From the NCBI GenBank assembly GCA_001780285.1, contig MFGN01000007.1:7346-71345 (forward strand): a stretch of 64,000 bases of DNA. Reading direction: 5' to 3'. The DNA comes from Candidatus Falkowbacteria bacterium RIFOXYD12_FULL_34_57 (GTDB lineage: Bacteria; Patescibacteriota; Patescibacteriia; Patescibacteriales; UBA12075). Shown piece after piece: positions 1 through 8,257 of this stretch. The notes beneath the pieces are model-generated. The model had not been told where the DNA came from. It saw only the letters and a list, made by a program, of their open reading frames with translations, and ran no database searches. The position numbers and the translations under genes were made by a program. The number at the start of each line of letters is the position of its first letter. Position 1 is the stretch's first letter.

Positions 1-2
1 AA

Positions 3-1619
3 TTTACTATTTTAGCCGGGTTTGATTATACTGATGTAGATATAGCTACCTCATCTACTGAGAATGGTGTTTTTGTTGACCGGTTTTTATCTAGTTCATC
101 TACTGTTTTTTTTGATACCGCCAGCACCACATCTAGTGCAATTGAAATTATTTTAAATACTTCATTTGGAATAAAAAAGAGCACTTATGTCAAAATAGAA
201 CTTGGAACCAATGCTTCATTTGGTGCAATAGGAGATAGACAGATTGCAAACCCTATGGCTATTGGTTCTTATGAAGTTGAATTAGAAACATTTAATGTTT
301 CGGGTAACAGAATAAAAAGAGCTACTTTAATGATATCCACAGCACTTCCCGTTGGTATGTCGACTGAAAGTGAAAGTATGAGGACGAGCGGAAGACCCGT
401 TGGATATTTGTCTTATGGTACAACTCAAACCATCATGTCTCTTATAAACAATTATAACTCTACCTGTAAATATGATACGGCCTCAGGTACTCCGTATGCG
501 AGCATGGCTTATGAGTTTGATTATACCGGTGGTACTTTTCATACACATATTTTAAACGGTTTAACTAATGGTCCCCATACTTTTTATGTTCGTTGTGATG
601 GCCTCACCCAACAAGGAGACAGTTCAACTCAGTGTATTTACACCACCGCCACCGGAACACCCACGGAGATTACTAATTGTATTGACTACGTGATATCCTT
701 TATTATATCTTCTTCCGAGGGGGAAGAGGGAGGAGAGGAGGGAACGGGGGGTGATGAGGGAGAGGGAACTGGATCTGCAAGCGGAGGGGGTGCTGGAGGC
801 GGAGGATCCGGGGGGGGTATTCAAGGAGGCAGAGGACAGGAAGTCGGACGGGGAGCCGGAGTTTTTTTACCATATCCTCCATTGCCCGATGCTCCAGGAG
901 TGGCATTTTCCGGATGGTCTTATCAAAATAGCGATGTGGTGGTGATGAAAGATGGAGAAGAACAAGGAAGCATATCGGCTGATGCATCTGGTGTTTTCGG
1001 GGCGTTTTTAACAGAGCTAGAACAGGGTGTTTATACTTTTGGGGTTTGGTCTAAAGATCAAGTTGGGCGGAGGTCAAGCACTTATTCAACCACATTTTGG
1101 ATTGACGAAGGAACACAAACAGTTGTATCCGGTATTTTTATTTCGCCAACTATAGCACTGCAAAAAAATTCAGTTCAAACCGGAGAAAGCGTAGAGGTTT
1201 TTGGTTTTAGTGTTCCAAATAGTACAGTAGAAACTTGGATTTATCCCAAGAAGCAAACAAAAGTCTTAGATTCTGAAATTAAAAAACAATCTGTACAAGC
1301 CGGAGCAGACGGTTCTTGGTCTATGTTTATAAATACAGATGGATTTAAGGGGGGTATTTATTTATTAAAAGCCGGGGGGAAAAAAGACGGAGTCAGTGAT
1401 AGTGGTTTTAGTCAAACATTAGAATTGGCTATAGGTGGAGAATTAGAAAAAGGAGCTTGTCCCGGGGCTGATTTAAACAAAGATGGCAAAGTTAATATTA
1501 CTGATTTTTCTATTCTTTTGTATTATTGGGGGACAAATGATGCATGTGCGGATCAAAATAGTAGTGGTAATGTAGATTTGATTGATTTTAGTATTATGAT
1601 GTATTATTGGACAGGATAA
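3..1619 (+). CDS. Surface/secreted protein with its 5' end outside the window; Gly/Glu-rich linker and C-terminal dockerin-like module
   Basis: I translated frame 3 from nt 3 and found no stop before the listed ATG at 255, so the ORF is open to the window edge. The C-terminus has two EF-hand-like dockerin repeats (DLNKDGKVNITDFSILLYYW; DQNSSGNVDLIDFSIMMYYW). A GC-rich EGEEGGEEG/GGGAGGGGSGGG linker lies at nt ~700-870. Confidence 0.7.
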   Translation, partial: FTILAGFDYTDVDIATSSTENGVFVDRFLSSSSTVFFDTASTTSSAIEIILNTSFGIKKSTYVKIELGTNASFGAIGDRQIANPMAIGSYEVELETFNVSGNRIKRATLMISTALPVGMSTESESMRTSGRPVGYLSYGTTQTIMSLINNYNSTCKYDTASGTPYASMAYEFDYTGGTFHTHILNGLTNGPHTFYVRCDGLTQQGDSSTQCIYTTATGTPTEITNCIDYVISFIISSSEGEEGGEEGTGGDEGEGTGSASGGGAGGGGSGGGIQGGRGQEVGRGAGVFLPYPPLPDAPGVAFSGWSYQNSDVVVMKDGEEQGSISADASGVFGAFLTELEQGVYTFGVWSKDQVGRRSSTYSTTFWIDEGTQTVVSGIFISPTIALQKNSVQTGESVEVFGFSVPNSTVETWIYPKKQTKVLDSEIKKQSVQAGADGSWSMFINTDGFKGGIYLLKAGGKKDGVSDSGFSQTLELAIGGELEKGACPGADLNKDGKVNITDFSILLYYWGTNDACADQNSSGNVDLIDFSIMMYYWTG

Positions 1620-1662
1620 GAATAGTAAAAAGTTGAAAGTCGAAAGTTTATCAAGTAAGATT

Positions 1663-1691
1663 TTGGATTTTTATATATTTTATGTTATAAT
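1663..1691 (+). promoter_or_regulatory. Sigma70-like promoter for hsp20 (-35 TTGGAT, 17-bp spacer, extended -10 TGtTATAAT)
   Basis: TTGGAT at 1663-1668, TG at 1683-1684, TATAAT at 1686-1691. It lies about 40 nt upstream of the ATG at 1730. Confidence 0.45.
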
Positions 1692-1729
1692 ATAAGTGTT
1701 AAAAATAAATAATAATAATTTATAAATAT

Positions 1730-2194
1730 ATGAGTTTTTTAGACAAATTAAAAGTAAAAGTAGAAGAAAATGAACCTGTTTCAGGGGATGAAGAGACCAA
1801 CAAAAAAGAAGCTTCCGGATTTTTACAGCTTGATGTTGATATTTATCAAACTAGCTCGGATATTATCGTGATTGCACCTATTCCGGGAGTTGAGGTAGAT
1901 AATTTGGATATAAACATTGAAAATGAAAATGATGTAGTAACTATTCAGGGCAAAAGAGAGATGCCTCGCTTAACAGACTATAAGAGTGAAAATAAATACG
2001 AGGATGATGATTTTGAAAGTAAATATCTTCGCCAGGAATGCCAATGGGGCCCTTTTTATAGACAAATTATACTTCCGCAAGAAGTTGATGTAAATAGGGT
2101 AGAGGCTCGATTTAAGAAAGGAATATTGATATTAAAGCTTCCCCTGCTCAGGCTTCAGGGAAAAGGAAAAAAGAAAATAGAAATAACGAATTAG
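1730..2194 (+). CDS. Small heat-shock protein, Hsp20/alpha-crystallin family
   Basis: 154 aa. Alpha-crystallin core pattern (DVDIYQT..IVIAPIPGV...VVTIQGKRE ... RQIILPQEVD..VEARFKKGILILKLP). Confidence 0.85.
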   Translation: MSFLDKLKVKVEENEPVSGDEETNKKEASGFLQLDVDIYQTSSDIIVIAPIPGVEVDNLDINIENENDVVTIQGKREMPRLTDYKSENKYEDDDFESKYLRQECQWGPFYRQIILPQEVDVNRVEARFKKGILILKLPLLRLQGKGKKKIEITN

Positions 2195-2233
2195 CTAAAA
2201 GTCTATAAAGTTTATAAAGTCAAAAGTTATAAT

Positions 2234-3994
2234 ATGAGAAAATTTTTTGTAAGAATTTTTTTATTAATTTTTCTGTATTCGGCTTGTTTTTCTTTTTTTA
2301 TTTTTCCGGTAGCAGCGCAGGAAAGCAAGGCTACTTTGTTTTTATCTCCGGCTAGCGGAAATTATACTGTTAATAAGAGTTTTGTGGTAAAAGTAATGGT
2401 AAATAGCGGAGAGGGAGTTGGTATTAATGCTGCCGAGGGGGTTATTAATTACGACCCGTCTTATGTTTTGGTTTCTAAATTATCAAATGCCAGTTCAATT
2501 TTTAAATTATGGACCACGGATCCGACTTTTTCTAATTCTGATGGTAAGATAACTTTTGGAGGTGGTTCTCCTGGAGCTTACAAGGGTTCTGCTGGAGAAA
2601 TATTTAATATAACATTTACTGCCAAGAAGTCAGGATTGGCTAATGTGACTTTTTCCTCGGGCATAGTGCTCGCAGCGGACGGAAAAGGGACCAATGTTTT
2701 TGGCGGGTTCGGACACGGTAAATACACCATATCAGAGGGAGCGGCTTCTCAGGAAAAGCCGGTTACTCCAACGCCCCCAGAAGAAGAAAAACCAAAAGGG
2801 TTATTGCCGCCAACTCCGGAAGTATCCTCCGAGACACATCCAATAGAAGATGTTTGGTATTCCAATAATGAACCTGAGTTTTCATGGAAATTATTAGCTG
2901 ATTTGGTTGGTGTAAGTTTTGAAATCGACACAGAAGAGAAAACTGAATCGACAGCTAAAATTGAAGGAGTATTGGAAAGTTATAAATTTGAACCGCAGGA
3001 TGACGGAGAATTTTATTTCCATATTAGATATAGAAATAAATTTGGATGGGGACAATCTTCCCATAGAAAATTATTAATAGATGCTACCCCCCCTAACCCC
3101 TTCTTTATTACCGTGGATAACGAAGGAGATCCAACCAACCCGACTCCAAAATTAAAATTTAAAACAAATGATAAAACATCGGGCATTGATTATTATGAAG
3201 TTGTTTCGGGGGAAACAAGAAAAAAAATCTCTGTTCAGGATGTAGAAAAAGGATATTATAAGACAGAACCGCTTGTTCCTCGTGAATATACATATACTAT
3301 TGCAGCTGTGGATAAGGCCGGAAACGCAGCATCCTCTTCTGCCACTTTTATTATAGAGCCTTTAAAGGCGCCGATTATCACCAGTATTCCCAAGGTTATT
3401 ATCAATAAAGATGAATTGATAATCCGCGGAACATCTTTCTATCCGCAGATAAATGTTGAATTGTTTATTGGCAAGGATGAAAAGAGCATGAAGAGCTTTA
3501 TGACCCAAACTGATAATGAGGGAAATTGGTCTTATTTCCACAAAGAAAAACTTGAAAAAGGAGATTATGAGATTTGGGCAAGATTGATTGATAATCGCGG
3601 AGCTAAAAGTTTGGATAGCACAAAATATTTACTCACAGTTGTTTCTCCTGGCATAATTGAATCTTTTGGATGGTTAATCATTGTTATTTTACTAATCATT
3701 ATAATAATATTAATATTATATATTTTGTATCAAAGAAATAAGTATATTTTGGAAAAAAGAAGAATAAAACAGGAAACAGAAGAAATGAAAAGCAAACTTG
3801 GAAAAATATTTGCAGCATTGCGCGAGGAAGTTGATGAGTTGATAGAACTTGCCGATCAAAGGCCCGGTCTTTCTGAGTCTGAAAGAAGGGTAAAAGAAAA
3901 ATTACAAGAGTCTTTGGACATTTCAGAAGAGTTTATCACCAAAGAAGTAGAAGATGTAGAAAAGGAAATCAAATTAAAGGAAAGAAAGTTGTAG
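2234..3994 (+). CDS. Membrane-anchored cohesin-domain protein (scaffoldin-like) with a beta-rich middle region, one TM helix and a cytoplasmic coiled-coil tail
   Basis: Signal peptide (FPVAAQE). Cohesin-like N-domain (ATLFLSPASGNYTVNKSFVVKVMVNSGEGVGINAAEGVINYDPSYVLV...IFNITFTAKKSGLANVTFS). Pro-rich linker. TM helix WLIIVILLIIIIILILYILY followed by a K/E-rich coiled coil. Confidence 0.65.
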   Translation: MRKFFVRIFLLIFLYSACFSFFIFPVAAQESKATLFLSPASGNYTVNKSFVVKVMVNSGEGVGINAAEGVINYDPSYVLVSKLSNASSIFKLWTTDPTFSNSDGKITFGGGSPGAYKGSAGEIFNITFTAKKSGLANVTFSSGIVLAADGKGTNVFGGFGHGKYTISEGAASQEKPVTPTPPEEEKPKGLLPPTPEVSSETHPIEDVWYSNNEPEFSWKLLADLVGVSFEIDTEEKTESTAKIEGVLESYKFEPQDDGEFYFHIRYRNKFGWGQSSHRKLLIDATPPNPFFITVDNEGDPTNPTPKLKFKTNDKTSGIDYYEVVSGETRKKISVQDVEKGYYKTEPLVPREYTYTIAAVDKAGNAASSSATFIIEPLKAPIITSIPKVIINKDELIIRGTSFYPQINVELFIGKDEKSMKSFMTQTDNEGNWSYFHKEKLEKGDYEIWARLIDNRGAKSLDSTKYLLTVVSPGIIESFGWLIIVILLIIIIILILYILYQRNKYILEKRRIKQETEEMKSKLGKIFAALREEVDELIELADQRPGLSESERRVKEKLQESLDISEEFITKEVEDVEKEIKLKERKL

Positions 3995-4015
3995 AATATT
4001 TATATACACATTTAT

Positions 4016-4049
4016 AGAGACGCGATTAATCGCGTCTCTTCTTTTTTGC
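4016..4049 (+). terminator. Rho-independent terminator after the cohesin gene
   Basis: Perfect 24-nt palindrome AGAGACGCGATT/AATCGCGTCTCT (4016-4039) followed by TCTTCTTTTTT. Confidence 0.8.
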
Positions 4050-4093
4050 ATTTTTTATTGAAAGTTAAATCTTTTCTTGATATAATTAATATT

Positions 4094-4711
4094 ATGAAGA
4101 CACTAGAATTAAAAAAGACAGACAGGGCTTTAGTCCTCGTAGCGCATCCGGATGACGAGACTATCTGGATGGGGGGAACTTTATTTCAGAATTTACAAAC
4201 AGACTGGACGATTTTTTCTCTTTGTAGAAAGAGTGATAATGATCGTAAACCAAAGTTCGACAATGTTTGCGCTTTTTACGGAGCACGTGGAATTATTACC
4301 GATTTAGATGATGAGGATAAGCTGAGTACCGAAAAAACCATCCCCATTATACAGGAATTAGTAGAGGAAGAAATCGGCCGAGAAAAATTTGATTATATTT
4401 TTACTCATGGTGCAAATGGCGAATACGGCCATCCCCGTCATATCGGAGTTTATTTGGCCGTGAAACTGTTAATAAAGAATAAAAGATTAAACATTAAAAA
4501 TGTTTTATGTTTTAATTATAAAAAATATAGAGAAGAAGAAAACGGGCTCATAGATATGCGCGCAAAACCAGACTCTGATTTTTTATTGGAGTTGGGGAAA
4601 AATGATATAAACCGGAAGAAGAAAATTATTGCTGAAATGTATGGATATTCATATAATGGGATAGATGTTAATCTATGTCCCAAAACAGAAGCTTTTAAAA
4701 TTTTAAGATAA
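4094..4711 (+). CDS. PIG-L/LmbE-family de-N-acetylase
   Basis: VAHPDDETIWMGG and HGANGEYGHPRH motifs. I prefer the ATG at 4094 (MKTLELKK) over the listed upstream start at 4046, which overlaps the terminator T-tract. Confidence 0.75.
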   Translation: MKTLELKKTDRALVLVAHPDDETIWMGGTLFQNLQTDWTIFSLCRKSDNDRKPKFDNVCAFYGARGIITDLDDEDKLSTEKTIPIIQELVEEEIGREKFDYIFTHGANGEYGHPRHIGVYLAVKLLIKNKRLNIKNVLCFNYKKYREEENGLIDMRAKPDSDFLLELGKNDINRKKKIIAEMYGYSYNGIDVNLCPKTEAFKILR

Positions 4712-4909
4712 TATATAAATAATAATGCGAATCTGCAAATGATATGTCTGCCAAAGGCAGATCAGTCCTCAACAGACGATTTATTTCAACATTGTTTATT
4801 GGCTGACGAATATGGCGAATTCGAATCATACGAATTAAATAAGATATTATTCGTATAATTCATTATTTGTGAATTTGTATAAAATTCGTAGATTTGCATT
4901 GTAAGTATT

Positions 4910-6055
4910 ATGAAAATTGCAGTTTTATATGCTCATCCGGTAGAGCCGGACGGATTAAGCATTCAAGGTAATCTTTTATATAGGGGGTTAAAAGAGCTTG
5001 GAGTTGATATTATGCCTTGCAATTATGCGCCCAGTTTTCAAAAACAATGGGTGCTTGATGCCTTTAAGCCTGATGTGGCGATTGGTGTCGGTTGTTGGAC
5101 ATATTACAAAGATATTATTTTGAGTCCGCAAAATCATGGAGTTATTCCCGTGCCTTGGTTTGTGGCTAATGGTTGGGTGGCTAATTATCACAAGGCGCTT
5201 GGTGATCTCCCGTTGACTTTTACTACTAGTCAATGGGTAACAGATACCTACAAGCGAGATGGTGTAGATGTGTCAAATTTTAGAGTTTTACCAATTGGTT
5301 TTGATCCGGAAGAGATAAAGCCAATACCAAAGAACGATCCCAAGGTGCAGAAATTACGGGAAATGCTTGGGATACAGCCTCATGAAAAGATGATTTTGAC
5401 TATTGGCGGAGATGTAACCAGCAAAGGCGCCCAAGAGATGTTTAAGGCTCTTGCGGAAGTGGATAAAGATTTTAAAGATTGGAAATATGTTTTAAAGCAC
5501 TGGGAATGTGAATCAGCAGAAGTTCATGGAGCAGAAGAGGATTTATTAATCGATCAGTTGGGACTTGATCGTGGTAAGATTCAATATTTATCCGGAGCTT
5601 TTTCGCATGAATTTATGTCTTATTTAATTGGCGCTTGCGATATTTATGCCGCCCCTTCCAGATTGGAGGGTTTTGGCATGATTCAAATGGAAGCAGAAGC
5701 TTGTGGTAAACCGGTAATTTCTATTGAAAAAGGGGGTCCGGTTGATACCATTATTCATGGCAAGACCGGATTTTTAGCGTCTGTAGGCGAGGAGATTATA
5801 TTGACCGAAGAGTGGGCATATGAGTCTATGGGTTTTGAGGCGGATCATAAGATAAGATTTGACAAGCCGAAAGTTTTTGCATATCGCGCCAGTGTTCCTG
5901 ATCTGACAAAATACACCCTCCAACTTTTAACTGATGATAAATTACGGGAAGAGATGGGAAAAAATGCCCATATTCATGCTCGAGATAATTTTCAATATAA
6001 AATTATAGCAAAAAGGGCACTGAGTATGCTACAGGAGAAATTAGGACTGGAGTAG
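4910..6055 (+). CDS. GT-B fold glycosyltransferase (GT4-like)
   Basis: C-terminal EGFGMIQMEAEACGKPVIS...GGPVDTIIHGKTGFL (the E-x7-E type motif of retaining GT4 enzymes). Confidence 0.75.
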   Translation: MKIAVLYAHPVEPDGLSIQGNLLYRGLKELGVDIMPCNYAPSFQKQWVLDAFKPDVAIGVGCWTYYKDIILSPQNHGVIPVPWFVANGWVANYHKALGDLPLTFTTSQWVTDTYKRDGVDVSNFRVLPIGFDPEEIKPIPKNDPKVQKLREMLGIQPHEKMILTIGGDVTSKGAQEMFKALAEVDKDFKDWKYVLKHWECESAEVHGAEEDLLIDQLGLDRGKIQYLSGAFSHEFMSYLIGACDIYAAPSRLEGFGMIQMEAEACGKPVISIEKGGPVDTIIHGKTGFLASVGEEIILTEEWAYESMGFEADHKIRFDKPKVFAYRASVPDLTKYTLQLLTDDKLREEMGKNAHIHARDNFQYKIIAKRALSMLQEKLGLE

Positions 6056-6097
6056 GCAGGTTATTAATTAAAAATCAAGAATTACGAATTTTTTGTA

Positions 6098-6122
6098 GAG
6101 ACGCGCTGATAGCGCGTCTTTT
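6098..6122 (+). terminator. Rho-independent terminator after the GT4 gene
   Basis: AGACGCGCT (6098-6106) / loop GAT / AGCGCGTCT (6110-6118), then TTTTGG. Confidence 0.7.
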
Positions 6123-6125
6123 GGT

Positions 6126-6154
6126 TTGACAAAAAATGGATATTGTGATAGATT
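6126..6154 (+). promoter_or_regulatory. Sigma70-like promoter (-35 TTGACA, 17-bp spacer, TGaTAGATT extended -10)
   Basis: TTGACA at 6126-6131 and TAGATT at 6149-6154, with TG two nt upstream. It precedes the three-gene small-ORF cassette. Confidence 0.45.
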
Positions 6155-6200
6155 GTTGAAATGTGTATTAAATTATTAATATTTTACAAAGGATGGAATT

Positions 6201-6533
6201 TTGGATAAAAAATATCATATAAAAGAGCATCTTTATTGGTTGTTGTGGCATAAAATTCCTGGATTTCGGAATTTGTCCATGGATAGGCAGGGCGAAATTG
6301 TTTTAGAGATTTTAGAAGCAGAAGAATCACTTGAGAATATTATTTTTAAATCCTTGGAATTAATAGGTATAAATAAAGATTTGGTTGCACTAGAAGCAAA
6401 AAAAATAGTTTCTGATTTAGAAAATGAAGGTATTTTGCTTAGCGGTATTTTCGAGGGTATTTTAATGGGCGCACATAAGGGATTGAAATTTTTAGAAGAA
6501 GAAATAGATAAGATGATTAAGGAGAAAAAATAA
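6201..6533 (+). CDS. Hypothetical acidic soluble protein (110 aa, TTG start)
   Basis: ORF-track entry. AAGGA lies about 7 nt upstream of the TTG. Its stop overlaps the next ATG (TAATG). No family recognised. Confidence 0.45.
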   Translation: MDKKYHIKEHLYWLLWHKIPGFRNLSMDRQGEIVLEILEAEESLENIIFKSLELIGINKDLVALEAKKIVSDLENEGILLSGIFEGILMGAHKGLKFLEEEIDKMIKEKK

Positions 6534-6775
6534 TGTTCGGGTATGTACCGATTTTTTTAGACAAAGAGATTATTGAAATGATGGATAAACCTTCTTTTAT
6601 TTTTGTGCTTATTGGATATGCTTTTGTTTCTTTTATTTTATTTTTAATTTCTTTTGCTATTCCTGATGTTATGCTTAGATGGGTAATTATTTTTTGTTCT
6701 TTAACTTTTTTATTTTCTGTGTTCAGAATGATAAAAGTAAAAATAAATATCATGGAGAAAGATAAAAATGAGTAA
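6533..6775 (+). CDS. Hypothetical small membrane protein (80 aa, two TM helices)
   Basis: Two hydrophobic spans (FIFVLIGYAFVSFILFLISFAI; WVIIFCSLTFLFSVF). Translationally coupled on both sides. Confidence 0.5.
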   Translation: MFGYVPIFLDKEIIEMMDKPSFIFVLIGYAFVSFILFLISFAIPDVMLRWVIIFCSLTFLFSVFRMIKVKINIMEKDKNE

Positions 6776-6947
6776 TGTGATTCAAAGAAAAAGCGAAAAA
6801 ACTAAAAAAGCAATAGAGTATATTTCGGAAGAAAAGAAAAACAATCCCAACAGAAAAATTTTTGATATAATAAATGAAGCCTCTTTGAAATTTGATTTAA
6901 GCCCAAAAGAAGAACAGTTTCTTTATAAAAATTTTTCAGAAAAATAA
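6768..6947 (+). CDS. Unlisted 59-aa hydrophilic ORF (below the ORF-track cutoff)
   Basis: I translated from the ATG at 6768, which overlaps the previous gene by 8 nt: MSNVIQRKSEKTKKAIEYISEEKKNNPNRKIFDIINEASLKFDLSPKEEQFLYKNFSEK, stop at 6945-6947. A strong terminator follows directly. Confidence 0.45.
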   Translation: MSNVIQRKSEKTKKAIEYISEEKKNNPNRKIFDIINEASLKFDLSPKEEQFLYKNFSEK

Positions 6948-6950
6948 AAC

Positions 6951-6979
6951 AAAGCGTTCTAATAATTAGAACGCTTTTT
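6951..6979. terminator. Bidirectional Rho-independent terminator between convergent genes
   Basis: 13-nt arms AAAGCGTTCTAAT / ATTAGAACGCTTT (6951-6963 / 6965-6977), with an A-tract before and a T-tract after. Confidence 0.75.
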
Positions 6980-7032
6980 AAATCAGTTTTACTTAATGGA
7001 TTCTAAATAAAGCTCAGAATAACAGTAGGGGT

Positions 7033-8187
7033 TTATTCAAAAAATATCGCTTTTTTTTGTTTTACGCAGTTATAGGCGTAAATATATGTTCCGGCTGACC
7101 AGGCTTGGTAAGGTTCTCCTTTTGGTTTTCCGGTTTCGCCGTGGAGCCATTCATTAAATTCGTATTTTCCTTTTAAGTCGCGGGTGCTTATTTTCTGCAT
7201 ATTGGCTTGCGCTAATTTTTTCAATTCCATTTCAGCTTCTTTATACATATTCATTTTTGTTAGCACGGCTACATAAAATCCGCCAATAAAAGGCCATATT
7301 CCGCCATTTAGATAATACAGAGGTGTGCGCGCATTGCACTTGGAAAAATAAGAATGCCATTCTTTATCTCCCCTTTTAATCGGCGGCCAGATAGCTTTCA
7401 GTCCGAAGGGTTCATTGATTTTTTCTTTTTTAATATGTTTAATGATATTTTTTGCTATTTTTCTCGTTGCCAGGCCGGTTAAAATCGCCAGAATATTCCC
7501 GAGTGAATCAAACCACTCTTCTTGTTCTCTGTCGCCGTCATGATTTTTCCAGTTCCACGGCAGATAATATCCGAGTTTTTTATTATAAAGATCAAGGTAA
7601 GATTCAATATCTCCGTTTACATTCTTTTTTAAATGTTTTGCAGTTTTATTATCCCCGATCATTTTTAGTACACCATAGTAGAGAGCCTGAGTATTGATGA
7701 CATGTCCGTATTTATGGGGAAAAGCATCCTGCCAATCCATGGTGGGAAGCTGGGTAATCATCCCATCTTCGTTGGGGTCTTGATATTTGAGCCAGACAAT
7801 TGCGCGAGCAATATTTTTTTTATATTTTTTCAACAAAGACCTGTCATGATAGCTATTAGCATAAACATAATGTCCCACTATAAACCAAAGCGATGAATCT
7901 ACGGTGTTATAAGTTTTGTCTGATCGTCGGTCGGTATTGTATGATCCAACACAATTTGGAATTTGCCCCTTGGGAGTCTGCCATTTAGCAAGAAGTTCCA
8001 AGCTTTTTTTAAAAGGCTTTTTAAATTCTTCTTCAATCAAAGAAGCGCCCAATGCAGTAATCATGCTATCGCGAGACCAAAGAGCTTCATACCCACCTTT
8101 TAGTCCGGAAGCATAAAATCCGCTTTTGTGAGAACATTTTTTTATAACCTCTACGGCCTGTACATAGGCCTTATCAATAATAGACAT
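7033..8187 (-). CDS. (alpha/alpha)6-barrel glycoside hydrolase, amylo-alpha-1,6-glucosidase/GDE_C-like
   Basis: GFYASGLKGGYEALWSRDSMITALGA, with W/Y-rich helical repeats throughout. ATG at 8187; the listed TTG at 8211 is an alternative start. Confidence 0.6.
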   Translation of the reverse strand: MSIIDKAYVQAVEVIKKCSHKSGFYASGLKGGYEALWSRDSMITALGASLIEEEFKKPFKKSLELLAKWQTPKGQIPNCVGSYNTDRRSDKTYNTVDSSLWFIVGHYVYANSYHDRSLLKKYKKNIARAIVWLKYQDPNEDGMITQLPTMDWQDAFPHKYGHVINTQALYYGVLKMIGDNKTAKHLKKNVNGDIESYLDLYNKKLGYYLPWNWKNHDGDREQEEWFDSLGNILAILTGLATRKIAKNIIKHIKKEKINEPFGLKAIWPPIKRGDKEWHSYFSKCNARTPLYYLNGGIWPFIGGFYVAVLTKMNMYKEAEMELKKLAQANMQKISTRDLKGKYEFNEWLHGETGKPKGEPYQAWSAGTYIYAYNCVKQKKAIFFE

Positions 8188-8257
8188 AAGGAAATATAAC
8201 TCAAATCGCAAAATGCAAAACTAATAATTAAACATTTTTTAAGTTTTGAGTTTTGAA

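Noticed and set aside
624-987. Three overlapping ORFs (624..824 -, 703..987 -, 751..945 +) inside the first gene
   Set aside because: They lie in the GC-rich Gly/Glu linker (nt ~700-870), where stop codons are depleted in all frames. Their sequences are low-complexity Pro/Ser/Leu or Glu-rich. The host ORF has a coherent domain structure.
1620-1729. Heat-shock operator (CIRCE/HrcA or HAIR-type) upstream of hsp20
   Set aside because: No TTAGCACTC-N9-GAGTGCTAA-like inverted repeat is present. Only short GAAAGT direct repeats are seen, which I cannot assign.
4801-4840. GGCGAATTCGAATCATACG looked like a tRNA T-arm (GGTTCGAATCC-like)
   Set aside because: I could not build an acceptor stem, D-arm or anticodon arm around it. 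I recognised no tRNA, rRNA, tmRNA or RNase P anywhere in the window by eye. A tRNAscan/cmscan run is needed to be certain.
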